Below, in pieces: positions 8,365 to 12,100 of a stretch of 12,100 nucleotides of DNA. Position numbers and translations under genes: made by a program. The stretch is from positions 1 to 12,100 of the forward strand of contig JBNKOC010000017.1 of NCBI GenBank assembly GCA_050294405.1, in the 5' to 3' direction. Under the pieces are notes generated by a model, which had not been told where the DNA came from, made no database searches, and worked only from the letters and a program-made list of their open reading frames with translations. The number at the start of each line of letters is the position of its first letter. Within the stretch, counting starts at the first letter, position 1. This DNA is from Fibrobacteria bacterium (GTDB taxonomy: Bacteria > Fibrobacterota > Fibrobacteria > UBA11236 > JADFYW01).

Positions 8365-9870
8365 ATGATTTTTTTTGGGAATAGCATAAGTGTTATTTGC
8401 CTGCTTTTTTTCGCCTGGCAACCGGTTTTATCTTCCTCTAAGGTTGAAGATGGGAGCACGATATTAGCAAATTACAATTTGCCAATTACCAGGCCCTATA
8501 CATTAAGAACCCAAAGTCCATTTCCATTAGAATGGGAATATCACAGAATGTTAACCGATGGAAAGCCATCTAGCTTTATTTTTCCTCGTGCCGTTCTGTC
8601 TCCTGTGGATTCCAGCTCTCTTCCTCTTAAAGATTCCAAACTCAGGCTGGGTGAGAACCAAGGTGAAAATTTAAATTTTCAACCCGTTTTGGGATTGGAT
8701 TACAAATACAATACCAGCCATTCTCAAAACACGGATTTTGGATTAATTCTTTTTGGCAATAAGCAACACCTTTCCTTTTACCTGGATGCCCGCATGTTTG
8801 TGGAACTCCACGAAGATGGCAGCATTAACAGCTACGATAGAGAATTTATTGAAGTACAGGATGAGGAGGATTCGGAAACCCTGGCTTATGTATCTTATTC
8901 CAGATACCGGGCAAATATGTCTTATGATTTTTCCTGGGGCAGATGGATAGTGGCCCGAGATGTATTACATTGGGGCCCCGGGCAATTTTACAATTTATCT
9001 TTTAATCAAAATGCCATACCCTATAACTACCTTTCTTTTCAAAGCCAATTGGGACCATTCTCTATTATTTCTGTATATGGACAACTTTCCATCAATCAAA
9101 ACAAAAATTTTTTCCGAGCCTCTGGGGATTCCCGCAATTTATTTGCCCACCGCTATGAATTAAATCTGAAAAACAACTGGACCTTAGGTGTAAGCGAACA
9201 GCTCATTATTTACAACGATTTAGAGCCATTTGCCTTTACTCCTGTTGTTCCTCTTTACATTTTGAAGGGAAATAGTGTGGAACGGGCCAACAATGGAAAC
9301 ATATCTTTTGACATTTCCTGGAGCTGGAAGCAAAAATTTCGTTTCTACTCGGAATTTTTAATTGATGACATTCAATCTCCAACCTCCCTTTTTAACGACG
9401 ATTGGGGAAATAAATGGGCCTTCTTGGCAGGTAGCCACTACGCCCAAAATTGGAATGCTTCGGAATGGGGAGTTTTTGCTGAATATGCCCGACTGGAACC
9501 CTGGGTTTATACCCATTACAAACCCAACTCGGCCCAAGCTGCTAATTTCCATGTTCCACTGGGAAACCAATTAGGACCTAATTCCCAGTCCTTTGGGGCT
9601 AAAATTTATGCCCATCACCAAGCTGGGGTGTATGCGAGCGTAAAAGGGGAGCTTATCTGGAAAGGCACTGATTTAGGTTCCGATTTACAAGACTCTATAC
9701 CCAACGCGAAAAAAAACCTGCCTAAAGAGTTTATACTTGGCGTGGGATCCCCCGAAGTTGTAATCAGCCCTTATTTCGGAATAAACTGGAAGTCGTTATT
9801 TTTTGAAGCTGGCTGCGAGTTAAGGGAAGAAAGCAAAACTGCCATGTTGCGTGTGCAGATTTTGTATTAA
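8365..9870 (+). CDS. Capsule-assembly Wzi-like outer-membrane beta-barrel protein (paralog 2)
   Basis: 501 aa with an N-terminal hydrophobic segment, ARDVLHWGPGQFYNLSFNQNAIPY (Wzi-like WGPG motif), and a C-terminal LRVQILY ending in an aromatic residue as in outer-membrane protein beta-signals. Colinear motifs shared with paralog 1. Confidence 0.75.
   Translation: MIFFGNSISVICLLFFAWQPVLSSSKVEDGSTILANYNLPITRPYTLRTQSPFPLEWEYHRMLTDGKPSSFIFPRAVLSPVDSSSLPLKDSKLRLGENQGENLNFQPVLGLDYKYNTSHSQNTDFGLILFGNKQHLSFYLDARMFVELHEDGSINSYDREFIEVQDEEDSETLAYVSYSRYRANMSYDFSWGRWIVARDVLHWGPGQFYNLSFNQNAIPYNYLSFQSQLGPFSIISVYGQLSINQNKNFFRASGDSRNLFAHRYELNLKNNWTLGVSEQLIIYNDLEPFAFTPVVPLYILKGNSVERANNGNISFDISWSWKQKFRFYSEFLIDDIQSPTSLFNDDWGNKWAFLAGSHYAQNWNASEWGVFAEYARLEPWVYTHYKPNSAQAANFHVPLGNQLGPNSQSFGAKIYAHHQAGVYASVKGELIWKGTDLGSDLQDSIPNAKKNLPKEFILGVGSPEVVISPYFGINWKSLFFEAGCELREESKTAMLRVQILY
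8396..8448 (+). repeat. 53-bp direct repeat, copy 2
   Basis: Identical to 7539-7591; lies within the 8365 ORF and encodes CLLFFAWQPVLSSSKVE. Confidence 0.97.
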
Positions 9871-9971
9871 CTCAATGCCATTTGTTAAATGAAAATTAAC
9901 TCATATGCAAGATTAGGTTCCATTTTTAAGCAAAAAATTGTAATTTGTCCACTTAATTAATACTTAAGCCT

Positions 9972-12100
9972 ATGAAATATTTGATTTTAGCACTTTTCCT
10001 TTTAGCTGTTTCCTCAGCTTTCCCACAAAATCTCACTCCGGCCCAAATTTCTCAGGCTAAGCAAATGCTGAAAAATGACCCTTCTTTAAGAGAAGAGGTC
10101 AAAAAAGAATTGGAGCAATCTGGAGAAATGCGTTCAGCGGACCCTAATTCCTACCTCAAGTCCGATACCCTTGGAGCTGTAAAAGACACTTTACTCAGAA
10201 CCAAGCTTACCACTTATTCCGTAGACACCTTGGAATATTTCAATATGGCTAAAGAAGATTCCCTCACCATGAGCAAAAAAGATTCTCTGGCAGCTATTCA
10301 AGACAGCCTATCTAAACTTCCGGATAGTTTGAACAACGATATATACGGCAGGCATTTGTTTGCTCAAAACTACAAAATTGAAACTGTTGCCGATGTGCCG
10401 GAAGACTACCAGGTAGTTTCTGGAGACCAGATTTTAGTGAGGCTTTGGGGCCGCTACAACCTCGAGAAAATATACACTGTTAGTCAGGATGGCTATGTGT
10501 TTATTGATCCCCTTAATAAGCAAACCTATGTAAAGGGTATGTCTAACCGGCGCATAAAACAAATGATTCAAAATATTGTATCTGATATGGCAGGAGTAGA
10601 AGGAGAGGCGAAAGTTATATCCGCCCACCCGGTTAAGCTTAATATTTCAGGTGAAGCCAGGTACCCAGGCACAATTCTGGTTCCTCCTTACTTTACTTTT
10701 TGGCAGGCGTTGATGATATCCAAGGGGCCAGCTAAGTTAGGCTCCATAAGAGATATTCGCCTTGTACGAGATGGAAAAATTGTGTTTAAGTTAGATATGT
10801 ACGAATTTTTAAATACCGGAAAGATGCCCAACCTGGGATTACAGGAAAACGATTTGATTTTTTACAGCACTTTAGAAGGTATCGCCGAAATTAAATCTGG
10901 AGTAAAACGCCCTTCCCGTTACGAAATAAAAAAAGGCGAAAAGTTAAAAGACCTTATTCAATATGCAGGAGATTTTAGCGCCGAAAAATTTTCTCCCATT
11001 GTGCAGGTAGAAAGAGTTATTCCTGTTGAAAAACGCCAAAACAATGGCCCTACTACCGAGATCATTGATGTAGACCTGAACCAATCCAATTGGAAATCCT
11101 TTACATTAGAAGATGGGGATATAATTACCACTCAGAAAAAAGATTTGGATATGGATTCTAAAGTTTCCATTTCGGGTAAAGGAATAAAAGTACCCGGACG
11201 ATATGCTTTGGGCCCTAACAAAAACCTTGCGGAAGTCATAAAAAAAGCAGGGGGCTTATCTAAAGGCTTTAATAAGGCCTTAGAAATTGTGCGAGAAACA
11301 GCAACGGGCTTACAGTCCATTTATGTTACTGTAGATGACCCAGCTTCTTTATCTTCTATAAGCCTTGAAAACCGGGATAGTATACTAACATACCACGATA
11401 GTGAATTTGTGGACTCCGCCACTATCAGAGTCCATGGCTTCGTTCGTGATACCCTTGAGTTTTTATATGTGGATGGCTTAAGCTTAAAAAATGTAATTAA
11501 CCGCGCCGGAGGCATTAAAGACGGAGGGCTTGATTATGTTTACGTTAAGCGCAGAGATGTTTTCCATAAAATCAACTACCACAAAATCCAATTGAGCAAA
11601 GCTGAAAATTTTATTCTTAAACGTAGAGACGAGGTATTTGCCTTTAGCTATCATGAATTTAATCGGGAATTTCCCGTAATAGCCTTAATGGAAGGTAGGC
11701 TTCCCCTATTTTTAGATTACAGTGCCGACTTAAACCTGGAAATTATTATCCACAGATTAGGAGGGCTTCTACCCAATTCCGACAGCACCAAGGTGGAAAT
11801 TAACTCTCCGGAATTTGACAGCTACGACAAATATGTTAACCAAACCACCGTAAGTATTTCCGAAGAAACGTTAAAGTCTACTAAACTTATAGTTCCCGGT
11901 GCATTAATAATTGTTAGAGGCGACGCCAAAAAACAAGCTCCAGGTTTTGTAAATTTTATTGGAGAATTCAATAGCCCCGGTCGCTATGCCCTTCGAAATT
12001 CCAAAGAATCTTTTACCTCTCTTTTAAAACAGGCTGGAGGGCTTTCCAATAGAGCCAATCCATATTCGTTAGCTATCCATCGGGTTGATGTAGATAAACC
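9972..12100 (+). CDS. SLBB-repeat polysaccharide export protein (Wza/KpsD-like), 3'-truncated by the window
   Basis: Translated by hand: ATG 9972, no in-frame stop to the window end (>=709 codons). Signal peptide MKYLILALFLLAVSSA; Poly_export-like IYG..LF...PEDYQVVSGDQI.VRLWG...VSQDGYVFI; repeated SLBB units (GEARYPG..., GSIRDIRLVRDG...LDMYEFLNTG, GVKRPSRYEIKKGEKLKDLIQYAG, VPGRYAL...VIKKAGG, PGRYAL...LLKQAGG). Confidence 0.9.
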   Translation, partial: MKYLILALFLLAVSSAFPQNLTPAQISQAKQMLKNDPSLREEVKKELEQSGEMRSADPNSYLKSDTLGAVKDTLLRTKLTTYSVDTLEYFNMAKEDSLTMSKKDSLAAIQDSLSKLPDSLNNDIYGRHLFAQNYKIETVADVPEDYQVVSGDQILVRLWGRYNLEKIYTVSQDGYVFIDPLNKQTYVKGMSNRRIKQMIQNIVSDMAGVEGEAKVISAHPVKLNISGEARYPGTILVPPYFTFWQALMISKGPAKLGSIRDIRLVRDGKIVFKLDMYEFLNTGKMPNLGLQENDLIFYSTLEGIAEIKSGVKRPSRYEIKKGEKLKDLIQYAGDFSAEKFSPIVQVERVIPVEKRQNNGPTTEIIDVDLNQSNWKSFTLEDGDIITTQKKDLDMDSKVSISGKGIKVPGRYALGPNKNLAEVIKKAGGLSKGFNKALEIVRETATGLQSIYVTVDDPASLSSISLENRDSILTYHDSEFVDSATIRVHGFVRDTLEFLYVDGLSLKNVINRAGGIKDGGLDYVYVKRRDVFHKINYHKIQLSKAENFILKRRDEVFAFSYHEFNREFPVIALMEGRLPLFLDYSADLNLEIIIHRLGGLLPNSDSTKVEINSPEFDSYDKYVNQTTVSISEETLKSTKLIVPGALIIVRGDAKKQAPGFVNFIGEFNSPGRYALRNSKESFTSLLKQAGGLSNRANPYSLAIHRVDVDK

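Larger units (their letters stand above)
7539..8448 (+). mobile_element. Putative direct-repeat-flanked mini-island (857-bp unit) carrying a nucleotidyltransferase/small-protein pair
   Basis: 804 unique bp between two identical 53-bp repeats. More AT-rich than its neighbours, functionally unrelated to the operon, and interrupts the 5' end of a gene. No integrase or transposase in the window, so mobility is inferred. Confidence 0.65.

Noticed and set aside
8369..8376. T8 run after the Wzi-like 2 ATG (also T7 in the repeat and G6 at 5134-5139) as phase-variation tracts
   Set aside because: A/T runs of 7-9 nt are common throughout this AT-rich window, all frames are intact, and there is no evidence of length variation.
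7539..8448. CRISPR array or integron cassette interpretation of the repeats
   Set aside because: Only two copies, 857 bp apart, and no cas gene. GTTGAAT at 7586-7592 fits GTTRRRY, but copy 2 reads GTTGAAG, there is no RYYYAAC inverse core or attC-like hairpin, and no intI is present.
7539..8448. IS element with target-site duplication
   Set aside because: 53 bp is far longer than usual IS duplications; no terminal inverted repeats or transposase were seen.
9871..9971. Promoter or terminator between Wzi-like 2 and the export gene
   Set aside because: Only weak -35/-10-like matches in AT-rich sequence and no GC-rich stem with a U-tract; not supportable.
1343..11515. Short 61-119 aa ORFs in the track overlapping the main genes (e.g. 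2362-2595, 3809-4168, 5297-5566, 7644-7886, 10434-10628, 11132-11515)
   Set aside because: Antisense or alternate-frame shadows of well-supported CDSs with no recognisable motifs. Those beyond 10400 lie opposite the unlisted 9972 export gene.

Overview
AT-rich bacterial surface-polysaccharide (capsule/O-antigen-type) locus with two divergent gene strings separated by about 100 bp. Minus strand: gmd, Wzi-like outer-membrane protein 1, fcl, wecE/rffA aminotransferase, wzx flippase. Plus strand: wecB, a two-gene insert, Wzi-like protein 2, and a long SLBB-repeat Wza/KpsD-like export protein that runs off the window and is missing from the ORF track. The most striking signal is an exact 53-bp direct repeat (7539-7591 and 8396-8448) bracketing an AT-rich nucleotidyltransferase plus small helical protein pair that resembles a toxin-antitoxin module. 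The repeat encodes part of the signal peptide of Wzi-like protein 2. The left copy belongs to an orphaned 30-codon ORF that looks like the gene's original N-terminus, while the insert supplies a replacement N-terminus. Recombination between the copies would remove 857 bp and restore an in-frame 503-aa gene. No recombinase is encoded in the window. Family calls come from motif recognition by eye; no searches were run.
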